A stretch of 60,511 nucleotides of DNA, filler included, from Streblomastix strix (Eukaryota): assembly GCA_008636045.1 (NCBI GenBank). It is 3 parts of 3 records of this genome, joined end to end, with 100 filler letters (N's around TTAATTAATTAA, not from the genome) between each part and the next. Parts side by side here need not be neighbours in the genome. Positions count along the whole stretch, not along the records: positions 1 to 20,124 come from SNRW01000456.1; positions 20,225 to 40,340 come from SNRW01000457.1; 1 more part is not named here. The stretch is one strand, 5' to 3'. Position numbers and translations under genes: made by a program. The notes below the pieces were generated by a model that saw only the letters and a list, made by a program, of their open reading frames with translations, was not told the DNA's origin and ran no database searches. Positions within the stretch are counted from its first letter, which is position 1, and the number at the start of each line of letters is the position of its first letter. Of the stretch, positions 15,219-27,600 are shown piece after piece.

Positions 15219-16618
15219 ATGTCAGAGTTTATAGACTCGCATACACATATTGATATGACTCTTCAGAAGTTCAATTGTTTACTAATTGTTTTGTTTTGGA
15301 AGCATTTTTACATATTTATTTTGTAGATTTTGAAGGATTTCAACAATTTAAAAAAGATATTATTAAATGTCCAAAATGCATAAAATTTGTTCATGTATCT
15401 TGTGATATTCCATCTATTCAAGGTTAGTATCATTTATTTAAATTTATTTATATTCTCATTTTGTTATTAATAATTAGCTGGCATAGATCTTATGGAAATG
15501 AATCCTGATGTTTATTCAGTATTCAAATATATTTAAATATTAATTCTTCTCTATTTTACTAATTTTATACTTATAATTATAACTAATTTGATTATTTTTT
15601 TATAACTAATTTAATTATCTTCTTTTTAATTAATTTGACTATTTTCTTTATAATTATATTGAATATTCTCTTTATAATCAATTTGCTTATTTTCCTTTAA
15701 ATTAATTTGACTATTCTCTTTGTATTATATTTGAATATTTTCTTTTTATTTAAATATTAATTCATCTCTATTTAACTAATTTGACTATTCTCTTTATTTC
15801 ATATTTGAATATTTTCTTTATAATCAATTAAATTAATATTTTGCCAGTGTTTTGGGTTACATCCTCATAATTCTAAGGAATATGATGATAAACTAGAGTT
15901 GAGACTTGTTGAAATATTCGCCAAATACAGAGAATCAGGGAAAGTACTTGCATGGGGAGAGATTGGACTTGACTATCACTATGATTTCAGCGTATGGGTG
16001 ATTTGATTAGAATATTAATTTTATATTACAATTTTAATATAGCCTCGTGATGTTCAACGTGCTGTTTTTATTCGATAATTGAAAAAATCCAATGAGCTTG
16101 AACTTCCAATTGTTTTGCATATAAGAGAAGCGGATGATGATGCATTGAAGGTTTATTTTTATTGATCATATTGATTTTATATATTAATCACTCATTGTAG
16201 ATCATAAGAGAGAATGTAACAGACAAATAAAAAAGAATTCACTTACATTGTTACACATCTTCACCTCCATTTGCTCTCCAATTAGTTCAAGAATATCCAA
16301 ATTTATTTGTTGGATTCACAGGTGTTGTTACATTTAAGAACTCAAGACAGATACAAGATACTGTCAAAGCTCTTCCACTTGATAGAATATTGTTAGAAAC
16401 AGATGCACCTTACATGAGCCCAATTCCATTCAGAGGATAAACATGTCACAGGTTTGTTTAATGATTGATTTTATTACTTCTATTTTTTCATTCAATAACT
16501 ATATAAAAGTGGCATGATTCCCTAAACAGCATAAAAAATAGCAGAGTTAAAAGGAGTTACATAAGATGAAGTTTTTAGAATTACAAGAATTAATACTAGG
16601 AATATGTATGGAATTTGA
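15219..16618 (+). CDS. tatD: TatD family deoxyribonuclease
   Basis: FIDSHTHID, FGLHPHNS, AWGEIGLDYHYDFS, LPIVLHIREADDD, IHLHCYT, GFTGVVTFKNS, DRILLETDAPYMSPIPFRG; several GT-AG introns; TGA at 16616-16618. Confidence 0.93.
15540..15835. repeat. Degenerate minisatellite expanding a TatD intron
   Basis: Recurrent aatttgactattctcttt / atatttgaatattttcttt variants with ~20 bp periodicity. Confidence 0.7.
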
Positions 16619-16815
16619 GCATATTCAATTAGCAAACCAGTCTTTATCCAGTTAGTCATATTGAATTTTCTGCAATATAGTCAATTTTAATTTTTAATAA
16701 CCTGATAAATCTTTTATGAGAGTGAAAAACATATTTTTATTCTATTTTTTGGTTTTTGCTACATCCTACCTTTATTTTATTCATTTATAATATTAAGTTA
16801 GAAAAAAAATTATAT

Positions 16816-17945
16816 ATGGATGATTTTAAATGTAACGCATCATCGACAGCCTCTCAAGCTGCCGAGTTAAATGTAATCCGTTTCAATGCCTTCGACGAAA
16901 TGAATGTTATTCTCTTTGTTAATAATATTTTTTCTTATCTGATCTTCTGCAGTCTTTTTGCAATGCTCTACACATTTCACAAGGAGCCAAGACTCGGGCA
17001 ACTTTTCTACATTTTTTGAAGCTTGCATTATAGCATTCCAGAGCATGGCTGTTTCTTTCCGTTGGCTAAATTGGCCTTTGCGTGGGCCTGCGTATAAAAC
17101 AGTTAATGATGCATTCCAGTATGAATACAAGATATACCTTATTTATGACATAATAACTTGTTATTATTATGCATCATATTCAGATATGTTGGATTTTCAA
17201 TAACTTAGCTCGATAACACCATGCTTTTTTCATTAACAATCATTATGGGAGTACTTATTATTGCTTTAATGGTTGGTGTTACTATTTGTACAATGCTCAA
17301 CAAACGAGGATTAACAGATCCTCCCATCTTTTCAAAGATAGTCAATATAGGAGTTGTTTTAACGTCAGGGATATTTTATATACCATGTGTTAATGTCTTC
17401 ATTGGAAGTTTAATGTGCTACACAGTAACAAAAGATCCTTTATCAGCAGCAACAATAACATGTGGTAATGTTATGCGACATTTAATTCTTGGAGTTGGAC
17501 TATTCTTTCTTATAGTAGTTATTTCATTCACAATCATTATAAGACTATTTATATTCAGTCATGATCATAAGAAAGGAGGAATATTCACTCTTCAAACTGG
17601 TTTATTCTTCACTATTTTATAGATTGGCTCTACAGTAGTACAAATTATTGGTCTTGCTCTGTGAACCTAGAAAATGATAATTGCACTTGTTGGAACTATT
17701 ATATATGCTGCTATTGTTCTTTATCCACTTATTTTATAACCTTATTTCAATCCATGGGGTAATACAATTTGGTCTTCTGTAATGACAACTACATTTATAT
17801 TCTATTTCATTGGAATCATTTGTACAATACTTGATACTAATAAAGTATGGGTATCTGCTACTGTATGGATATTATTCATTATTTTGTTCATTGTGTTGCC
17901 CATTCTTATTGGATACTTAACTTATAAACTTGGGATCTCACTCTA
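16816..17945 (+). pseudogene. Disrupted and truncated multi-pass membrane protein (TmcB-like 7TM family)
   Basis: MDDFKCNASSTASQAAEL start, then several hydrophobic helices (e.g. IFYIPCVNVFIGSLMC, FLQPYFNPWGNTIW); +1 frameshift in the T6 run at 17012-17017; in-frame TGA at 17662; membrane-type sequence stops at ~17945. Confidence 0.65.
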
Positions 17946-18014
17946 GGTGATTAATAATTATATAGATAAAAATTATTAAAAGGGATTTTTTAGCATAAGA
18001 TTAATGGTAAAATA

Positions 18015-19378
18015 TTAAGACTACGTGGAGGAGCTAGAAGTGATAGTGAATAGAGAAAATAACATTAAAGGATAACATTCAATTACTTGCCATTGTAAAT
18101 AATAAAATTGTTTGAAGGGCCATTGTCCTTGTTTTAAAGCTGGATTAGAATGTACTAATAAATGCCAATGTATCAATTGTAAACATGGAACTAAATTAAT
18201 CTAATAGGAAATAGAATTAACGATTTATAGTTTTATTAATTTGATTTCAAAACTTGACTCTCTTCATATTTCAGAATATATTTAATAAACAATAATTCCA
18301 AAATCTTAATCATAATCTTAAACATAATCTTAATCTTAATCAGAATATTAAACATAATCTTAATCTTAATAATAATCATAATAATAATCTTAATCTTAAT
18401 CAACTTTAAATCAAAAAACCGAATATGTTAAGTTATTTGGAGGACGTTCAAAAAATTCAATAGAAAGATATTTTAAGATATAGTGTGAGTAACAAAGTAA
18501 CATTCTTTGTTCATCACCTTAAGCATAATAATAGAATAATGATAAAGATGAAGTTTATTATTCCTATCTTTTTGCGTAACAGTTAGAATATTTGGGATTT
18601 GAATTTGGTGGATAAGCTTAAAATGATATAAGCTATGGTATTGCAGATATTGCTGTTTCAAAGGGTAATAATGCAATAATTATTGAATTTAAAATGAGTA
18701 AATCATCAAACATAGTAGAAGATATTAGAGATACAATGATATAAATTAGAAATCGTGTTTATTTCTCAATATTTCCAAACATTTAATAATAATATTTTAT
18801 AGAAGTTGTTGTAAATAAAGATCTTGGAGTTATATCTACATAAATTGAAAAAATAAATTGGTCAGAGGTAACAAAATAGGAATATGATTAGTCTTAGAAC
18901 AAAATAAAACCCTGGACTTTCAGAATGAACAAAAAAAAACATAAAATCATTAAGAAAGTTTTGAAGTCGCAAACACATATGAAATTAACGATTATTGGGT
19001 CAATAAAGATGAAAATTAAAATTAAATTTAAATTACTCTAAATGATTAAGATCAAAAGAAAAAATCACTTCATAAGAGTGAACTAAAAAATTTAATCGTT
19101 TAATCATATCAAAGTAACATTACTTCCACAAAACTATTCATTGGAAATCTATCCCGAAATGCAACTTAAGAACAAATTAAATAACAATTTTAATATTTTA
19201 ATTGTAAAAGATATCAATTTATAAAGATTAACTTGGAGTGCCTTATGGATATGTATATGTTCAGTTTTAATCAATTGAGGACGCTAAAGATGCGTTTGTT
19301 TCACTTAATGGAACATAAATTGATTAATAATTCATTATATTGAAATTTGCTCATACTGCTGATAAAGGTGGACGTTGA
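18015..19378 (+). pseudogene. Chimeric cassette: LRLRGG motif, CXC (tesmin/CRC-type) Cys cluster, Q/S linker, PD-(D/E)XK nuclease, RRM; frameshifted
   Basis: LRLRGG at 18015-18032; CHCKQQNCLKGHCPCFKAGLECTNKCQCINC at 18088-18180; EVYYSYLF...SYGIADIAVSKGNNAIIIEFK...DTMIQIRNRVY at ~18550-18765; RNP2 KLFIGNLS at ~19131 and RNP1 YGYVYVQF at 19244-19267; no introns seen. Confidence 0.75.
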
Positions 19379-20058
19379 GGAAATATGGGAATTAACTGAA
19401 TATAACCGAAAGATAAAGTCAAAACATAGGAAGGAGATAATATTTTTTTTAAATAGAGAGGAAATTTGATAAAAAAAACTTAGAACACAAAAGAGATAAT
19501 AAATAATGAAATGTGTAGATATAAATCGAGCTAAAATTGGAATTTGATCTAAAAAACAATTTTTGATCAAGTAAAAAATGAATATTTATTCATTAATTAA
19601 AAAGTCTTTCAATACAAAGTTTTTTTCATGAGTTTCATTTTCGTTTTAATATAACTACAATTACTTAAAATTCATTTTTTTATAAATATTATAATACTAT
19701 ATTTCTTTATTTTTCTAATCTCTCTTCTCAATTACTTATTAATTTATTCTTTTCAATTCAATTCTACTATTATTCATCTTCCATAATTTCACCTGATAAA
19801 GGTCAATCAAATAAATCTTCTGCTTCATTTATATATTTTTCTTAAACTTGCTCGTTTTCTTCATATTTATATTTTTTATCTTCATTATTTAAATACCCTA
19901 TTATTATAATATTCTTTAAATTAATTATAGTACAGTTTTTTTCTTTTTTTTGTAAATTTTGAAATTACAACCTTCACTAATTTTCATTTATTAATTTTTC
20001 TTTATTTTCTTTATGTACTTTTTATTTAATTTCATAATTTTGATTAGATTGCTATAAT

Positions 20059-20124
20059 ATGCAAGATTTCAACGTTTTCAACAAGATTGGTGAAGGTCGC
20101 CACTCAACATGTTATCTCGGGCGC
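20059..20124 (+). CDS. Protein kinase N-terminus (ULK4/RUNKEL-like), truncated by the contig end
   Basis: MQDFNVFNKIGEGRHSTCYLGR: Gly-rich kinase subdomain I directly after the initiator Met. Confidence 0.6.
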
Positions 20125-20224
20125 NNNNNNNNNNNNNNNNNNNNNNNNNNNNNNNNNNNNNNNNNNNNTTAATTAATTAANNNNNNNNNNNNNNNNNNNN
20201 NNNNNNNNNNNNNNNNNNNNNNNN
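20125..20224. other. Artificial contig-concatenation spacer
   Basis: 44 N + TTAATTAATTAA (standard-code stops in all six frames) + 44 N. Confidence 0.97.
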
Positions 20225-21336
20225 TGGCTAAAGCAACATAATCTCTTTCATATACACCTCCTCTACGAAGAGCTATTATTGATCAGCTTCTTAAAGAGGG
20301 TATTTATTCATTAATATATATAATGGTTATTAATATATTTATAATTATAATATAATACTGTTTATTATTATTATTATATTCATGTACAGATCCTTCATAA
20401 GTAGGTACATAGACATAGATTCTATTTACTGCTAGTGAGAGTGAACATATACAAATACCCAAAGTTAATCCTAAACCTTAGGCACCCCCTCCTGAATTAC
20501 TACCTTCTCCATTCTAGAACTAATAATAAGTACAGATTCAATCAAATACAAAATATCTCACATAAAGATAGAATGCTAATTAAGCTGGTCCATAAGCATT
20601 ATATCCAAGCCATACAAAATAGAAAGGATAATTATAGGATAATACTAATATAATAAAAGATGAAGAATATGATAAATATGATACATCCAATCATGATGAT
20701 AAGAAGAGCGATAAATAAATAAAAGAAGAAGATCCCAAGATTGAGTGTGAAGTTTGTGGAAGGGTTTTTAGATTTAGTAAATTAGCTCAACATATTCAAC
20801 ATCACTTCACTAAAGGAGAAACAGTCTAATCTAATCCAAGAGATAATCCATCTCCATAATTAATAAATCGATTAAGTAATAAGCATTAACATGCATTAGG
20901 TACTTCATCAGATGATAACTTCCAAATTCCTCTGAATGTATCACCTTAATCAAATTCTCATTAATCTGCCTCATATACCTCACATTCACCGTAACATCAT
21001 AAGTCATCAACATAGATATAATCCAAGTTTAATACATCTCCATCTCTAACTCCTTATTCATAATTATAGTAGAATAATAATAATAATAATACTAATACTA
21101 ATTATAATCCATAGTATTCATCATTCCCAAGGAGATCAAGTGATCCCAATGAAAGAGATAAGGATCTTGAATAAGGATGGGAGTTCGTTGATTAGAGCAG
21201 TGTGATGCCATAAGTAAGGAATTATAAGATCATTTAGAATCCACCATTAACTCTTCCTAATAAGCATTTGTCTGTTAGATAGAATGAATTGCATTAAGTA
21301 CCTCCTATTCCTCCTCCTCCTAGATAAGATGATTGA
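20225..21336 (+). CDS. 3' part of a Pro/Gln-rich protein with one C2H2/UBZ-like zinc finger
   Basis: One GT-AG intron (~20300-20389); KIECEVCGRVFRFSKLAQHIQHH at ~20740-20805; ends PPIPPPPRQDD-TGA. Confidence 0.7.
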
Positions 21337-21591
21337 TATTAATTATTAATATGAACATTAAAGTGTTTATTATAACACTTTATGAATATCAATTAATTAG
21401 CATTTATTTATCTATACAAGAATTTTTTGTGTTATTTTCATATTCTTGGTTTTGCAATTATTGTTTTTGAATATAAATAATCTCTTTTTTACTCTTTAAT
21501 TTTATATTCAAATATCTTTTATATCTTTTTAAAAATTATTGTAATATCAATATGCTTTAATTCAAACATAAATACCTTTTAAATAACTTCA

Positions 21592-22140
21592 TGTAGCTGA
21601 TCTTGATCGATTGGACACTCCAATGTCGATTGCTCAGATGTAAGGCAAATTCTAATTCAATATAATTCCGAATTCTGGCCATCATGTCCAAGAGGAGGAA
21701 CCAGAGAAGGTATCTAACATAATCATTGGATTCGCTGAACGATATGGATTATAGAAAGGAGCATAACCTCGAGGAGCAATTGGTGGAAACTCTTGGATCT
21801 GAATATCATCATATTTAATTATATAGTTAATTGAATAAACATGTATATATTAATGTCAAACAAAATAAATGAGTTTTAAAGAATCGCGAACAATCATGAA
21901 ATTTCACGAATCTGGCTATGGAATAGAAATTCTAACTCATCACACGCGCACTATTAATTTTGTTTGTTATTACAAAATTAAAAGTCATCTTTTCTTTTTA
22001 TATAAAAATCATACAAATCTCAAAAATTCACATTTGACCTAATGAAATTTTTTATTTTTCGTTTTTTACTGATCCAAATACACAATCTTAATTAATAATT
22101 AGAATTAATTTAAAGATATTATTATTCTTATTTATATTTT
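21592..22140 (+). repeat. Inverted duplicate of ~29180-29728 (PME-1 3' coding end plus intergenic/promoter region)
   Basis: Reverse complement of 29180-29728; encodes an orphan VADLDRLDTPMSIAQMQGKFQFNIIPNSGHHVQEEEP...NSWI-TGA with no 5' part. Confidence 0.92.
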
Positions 22141-22157
22141 ATAGGTTTAGCGATACA

Positions 22158-24357
22158 ATGATTCGAAGTTCAAATTTTATGACATATTCACCAAACAACA
22201 AAAGTGAAAATACTGCATTATAAGATTTTATTACAATTCTACCACGTATTTAATTGTATGAAACGTAGTCATAGCTGGCTGAGATTCCAGACGAAATCTT
22301 TTTTGCGCGTGTACGCGAGTAGCTTTTCTTTGAGATTTAGAAGAACGATAAACAAGGGGCATATGTCGGAGAGCCTACCATTTTCACTTCACCAATTGTG
22401 CAAACTGTTGGAGTAGATTATTATGTTGCTAGGTTTGTACGCCAGATTACTTAACATATTTTTTTAATACTATTATTTGCTTAAATTACAGGCTTTTTAA
22501 ATATATGTACTGCAAAAGGGAATGTTATATTTTAGCCATGATATTCCTCATGCGTTTCTGCCAAGCTGCTCATATTCTGCTTTGCACATAGAACTTTCAC
22601 CGAATTTTCATCATCAGCTGCACGCTTGCTGTCAAATACCATGATGACATCAGATCAAACAATGTCTATTATGCTGAAACAGGGGGTCTACATTTGAGTG
22701 AGTTCAATGCACTTGAAAGGGAGTTTATTCGTATAGTACACCACCATCTGCATGTATAGACAGAGTTATTCTATTATTTCTATGAGAAGATCATTCAGGG
22801 CGCTTTTGAAGATGAAAAAAGAATAATAATTGAAAATAGTTATCAACCTCCAGGTAATATAAATCGCGTTTTTGTTCCATTTTTCATGTTTCAGGCGATT
22901 CTTAACAGTATATATTTATTTATTTACACATCTTTTATAAAATATATATAATAAATTTTTATTCATATTTATTTATTTATTATATTATTTTAATTATAGA
23001 ACCTTCTTCTGAGATTGATTTATTAATTGATGAATCAATAAAGGGAAGACACAAATTAGGGATCAATTATACACCACTTAGTAGTTCTAATAGTAATTCA
23101 AATAAATAATTGAAAAGATTATATACTCCAACACAATCACCCAATTAACTATCATAAAGATCAATATCAAGATAATCTATAAGAACTCCACTTCAAATTG
23201 AAGAATAAATGAGTCAGCATTCTTTGAGATCTATATCACAAACATTGACTGATTCATCTTCTTCATAATTATCTTAACAATCATCATCATAATCATCATA
23301 ATAGTCATAGACATTCTTATCTGATGCAAATGTATAGACACAAACACAACCACAGCAAATATAACAGCCATCTTTCTTTTCTATATCTGGAATAGCTTCT
23401 CTTATTCACTCATTACCTTTTGGATCTATTTTGGGAATAAACAGAAACACTTCAAATTTAAATAAATAGTAAATTCCATCAGAATCAGCAATAAAAATAT
23501 AATAGTATCAAATAATATCATCATCTTCGTCTTTCTAATAATAATAATAAACAAAACCAGTTGTATAACAATTCTTAGTGTAAAAGATATAACCAGTAAT
23601 TGTGACCAATAATATTAGTATATAATAAGATAATAATTTACAAGATATACAAGGTATTAGATAATAACCAATACCTTCTGCAATCCAACCTACAATTAAT
23701 GCAGTCTCCAATTAATTAAATAAATCTCAGACTCTTATTCCATCATAATTAATCAACAGTCAATTATTTGAGGATTAAAATAGACTAATTTAATCAGGTA
23801 ATACAAAATAGCAATAAGATAAGTAATTTAGTACAAGGAATTAGTAATAAATATAAATAGAAAGAGATAAAATAAGATTTATAGCTCCTATTGATTAACC
23901 ATTTGCATTTGCATAAGGAGCAATAAATGATTAAAGCTCCTTCAATGCAATAATAAAAGATAATAAATTAAGCACAAGTAAAACTAATCAATAACCAATA
24001 TTATCAGCTCGAGCTAAACCATTTGTACCTCGAGTATCACAAGAAGGTGAATAAGAATAGAATTCCTAATTAATATAAATATTAAATATATAACCATAGA
24101 ATGAATCCTAATAATAATAATAATAATATATTAATTGCACTTCATTACAGAATCCAATTCAACCACAGACCAATTAGAAGACCCTTAATATATCCAGACC
24201 TCTCCTTCCATTGTCACTTCCACCTTCACTTCCTCCTTCAGGAATATCATCTTCAATTCCTTTCTCTTCTTCTGCTGCATTACTTCAGATCATTAAAGAC
24301 ACTCCTGTTAATCCTTCTTAGATTAATAGTATAAACATTTCACACAATTAAACTTGA
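22158..24357 (+). CDS. PHO80/CYCU (P/U-type) cyclin with a long Gln/Ser-rich tail
   Basis: Cyclin box: YVARLFKYMYCKRECYILAMIFLMRF...NFHRIFIISCTLAVKYHDDIRSNNVYYAETGGLHLSEFNALEREFI; two introns; TGA at 24355-24357. Confidence 0.88.
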
Positions 24358-24688
24358 ATTTAATCTATATTGTCTTTTTTCAAGAAGTTTAATTTCATTA
24401 ATAATGAAAATTTTATTGATCTTCATGTCAAGGATTGAATATTACTTTTGTTTTAATTACACTCATTTAATAATAGATATGTATTTTTTCTATTTTCAAT
24501 TGTAAGTAAATTTCTTTTTTATCAAATATTTATGTTCAAATAAATCTTTTGTGAAATAATGAAAAAAAAAACTCTTTTTTAGTCACTCATAAGTTGTTTA
24601 TAAAAGATATGATAATTGTGTCGAAATGATGTGAATTGAAAAACCAAACATTACTCTTAGCACTGAGGCTAATATTCATTCAATTGTA

Positions 24689-27600
24689 TCAAAGGGAAAC
24701 TTTGACCTCTTTTGATTTACGTCCGTTGAGTCCATAAGAAATGCGAGCAAAGTATTTGACATTAGGAGCGAATTAGAACTCGTGGAATGGAATGGCATAC
24801 AGAAGATTCTTTTCATTTGTATTTGACTCAACGAGATGTGAGGATTCGAGTATTATTTTCATCTTTCTTGCCCCAAAAGGTGCTTAAGGGAGAGGTAGCT
24901 CCAATGGATATGGATCTACATCCTGAGATCCTTACTCATATATCTCCACATTAAATGATCCAGCTTTAGAACACCCAAAAAGCATAGATCCTTTGACTGT
25001 TATATATATTATATTCTATTCTGAGTCAATATTCTTCCCATTAACACTACTAAGAGATGGAATATTGAATATTGCATATCCTTATTAGTCATCCAATTTA
25101 CGTTACTATGTCTAAGCATCAGCATCTACAGCCAATGCCTATGCAGCAATAGCAGGCACTAATTTAGCAGGATCTGACACACCACCTTCTGCAATTGATC
25201 CTAAGAAAAGTACTCCCTCATCATAATCAACCCAACAGAAGTTATTCCCATTTGATCTCTATCTGGCAGAAGCATCTCTCCAATTCTCTCCAATGAAACT
25301 GCTCCTCTCAGCTGTAATTGCCATTAATACCCTTGACCCACTTCCAGTCTAATAGTATGTTTAATCTCCTAATGCAGTTGTAGCTAATATATTCATATGA
25401 TAATCTGACATTACTTCCCATCTTGGCCAATTGGTCCTCTCAAAGTGACAATCCTTATGAATACGCACTGCAGATAGAGCATCTAATCTAAGAGCTCCTC
25501 CATAGCAGTTATTGAATGTTACAGACTTTAGAGTAAGAGTACCTCCTGTTGTACCTGCTGTACTTGAGTCCCCATATATATACACAGCTGGATTAGACCA
25601 TGAACATGCAGGGCAATTACCTTTACTCCATCCTTGTGGAATCTATCTTTATTCTGTGAGTGAATAATTTCCATCAAACAGACAATTAATAATTGAAGCT
25701 GGAGATCCATTAACTAATCCAGCTTTAATAACACATTCAGATCCTTATTCAGGAATACTGCTATTTGTATCATCTTATTCAGACTACACTAATACTCCAT
25801 TGAATTTAGTTCCTGCAATTGATAGAGACTGCAAATTACTTCCTACAAATGCACCTCCTGATGAATCTATGAATATAATTGGATCTACAACACAGCTGTC
25901 CATCAATAACTATCCTCCTTTCAGTTCAACAAATGGTCTTCTCTATAATTCTGCATTCTTCTTATTCATTATGATATTATTAATGTTATTATTAGTTATT
26001 CTTCCACTGAATCTACATTCAGTTAATTAAACAGTAGACTAGTCTATTCCAGATATAAGAGGAGCATCAAATGAAGGAGGGAGATGTTGGAACCATATTC
26101 TTTCTCCAGTTAATGCACCTACTCCTCTGATCTATACAACTCCATTCTGTGATGCAAATGATACAGATGGGTATATTGATGCAGTGAACTATGTTTGTGT
26201 GTCTTTGTCACTCTAGATCCATATATTGCTCCCTAATTCTGATACAACTGCAGATGCTGCACTTGTTGCACTTTCTGGCTTAAACTCTCTTTTAACTGAA
26301 ACATGTCTGTTGTCGATAATAAGAGCTTATGATGTTTCAAATGACTAATCTTATAGAAGTAATGTAATAGGAGTAAGTGTATATGATGGAATAGATTCAA
26401 TAGCTTCTGATATCTATTAGAAAGGATAAGAAGGTGATCCTTTAGCTGATGTTATGTCAGATGCTTATTCATTCTTAATGTATATTGTAGTGAATGAAGG
26501 TGAGAATGAATTGTCATAGTCCTCTCCTTTAATTAATGATTTGGGAAGTATGGATGTGGATGAACAAGATACGAATATATCCTCTATTCTGCATGTTACC
26601 AATCCATTACCACCTTCTTCTTCTTCATCTTCTCCCTCTATTTCTTGTCTTATTAATGGATCAACAGTTGGATCTAGAACTAGAGGTTACCAATATACAT
26701 CACTGCTAATAAGATTCCCATCTCTGTTTAAAAGGAATCTGCAGAAGAAGAATCTGATGTCTGCATGAGCTGCACCTAATCCTGTAGCTATGGCTGTTAT
26801 TGATGAATGTGTTGTATGCACTGATCCATCACTCAATTATTCTTCATTGGAACCTGTACCATGAAATGATCCTGCAATATGAACGGCTCCTCCATATGTA
26901 CTTGATCTGCAGTTAGTGAAGGTGCATTATTCAACCTCTATTCTACCAACTAATGGTTCATTAGCATTTGATTATTATCCATTTATTCTATTCTTATTCT
27001 TATTTCTAGATGAATATATAATACTTTCTTATTCTTCTACTATAAGTTCCTCAGCTGCAACTCCATCATTCTCAACAACCATAATCTGTAATGCTCCACC
27101 TGATCTTGTTGTTGAACATCCTGTGAATTCTGTCCTCCTTATGTATATATCTGTAAGAGAAGCCGATTATCCAGCTCCAACTTCAACATACAAGGCTCCT
27201 GATCCTGCAAAGTAATTGATTGGCGTGTGTTGTGCTTCAGATGAGAAAAGTGGAGTCAATCTTGTTGTGCCATTTATATTAGATATATTATTGAACACAC
27301 ATCTATCAATACTTACTTTATCTACTGAATATGCTATTGATACTGCAGCTCCAAATGTTATTGCATCTTTAATTATTATTTCAGACATTGTCACTTCTCC
27401 ATATTCTGCAAATATAAGAACACCTTAGAATATAGATAATGTTGCTCTTATTGTAATATTAGCTATTGTTAGCATCCCAGATCTTAAATGTATAAGTGCT
27501 AAATTTGGATTATACAACTAGGGTTATATAATACAGTTATATCTGGTTGCTGTTGAATTTGAATTATCAGGTTTTATTGTTAATTGTGGACCTCTCTTTA

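Noticed and set aside
13858..17664. In-frame TGA codons (13858, 13867, 17662; also 44583) as selenocysteine or Trp readthrough
   Set aside because: Intact conserved genes show no internal TGA, the codons are not at redox-Cys motifs, and they occur in chimeric, frameshifted or truncated loci; pseudogenisation is simpler
20125..20224. Palindromic TTAATTAATTAA within N runs (also at 40341-40440)
   Set aside because: Identical 100-bp synthetic spacer; genes are cut at both junctions, so no linkage across the spacers can be inferred
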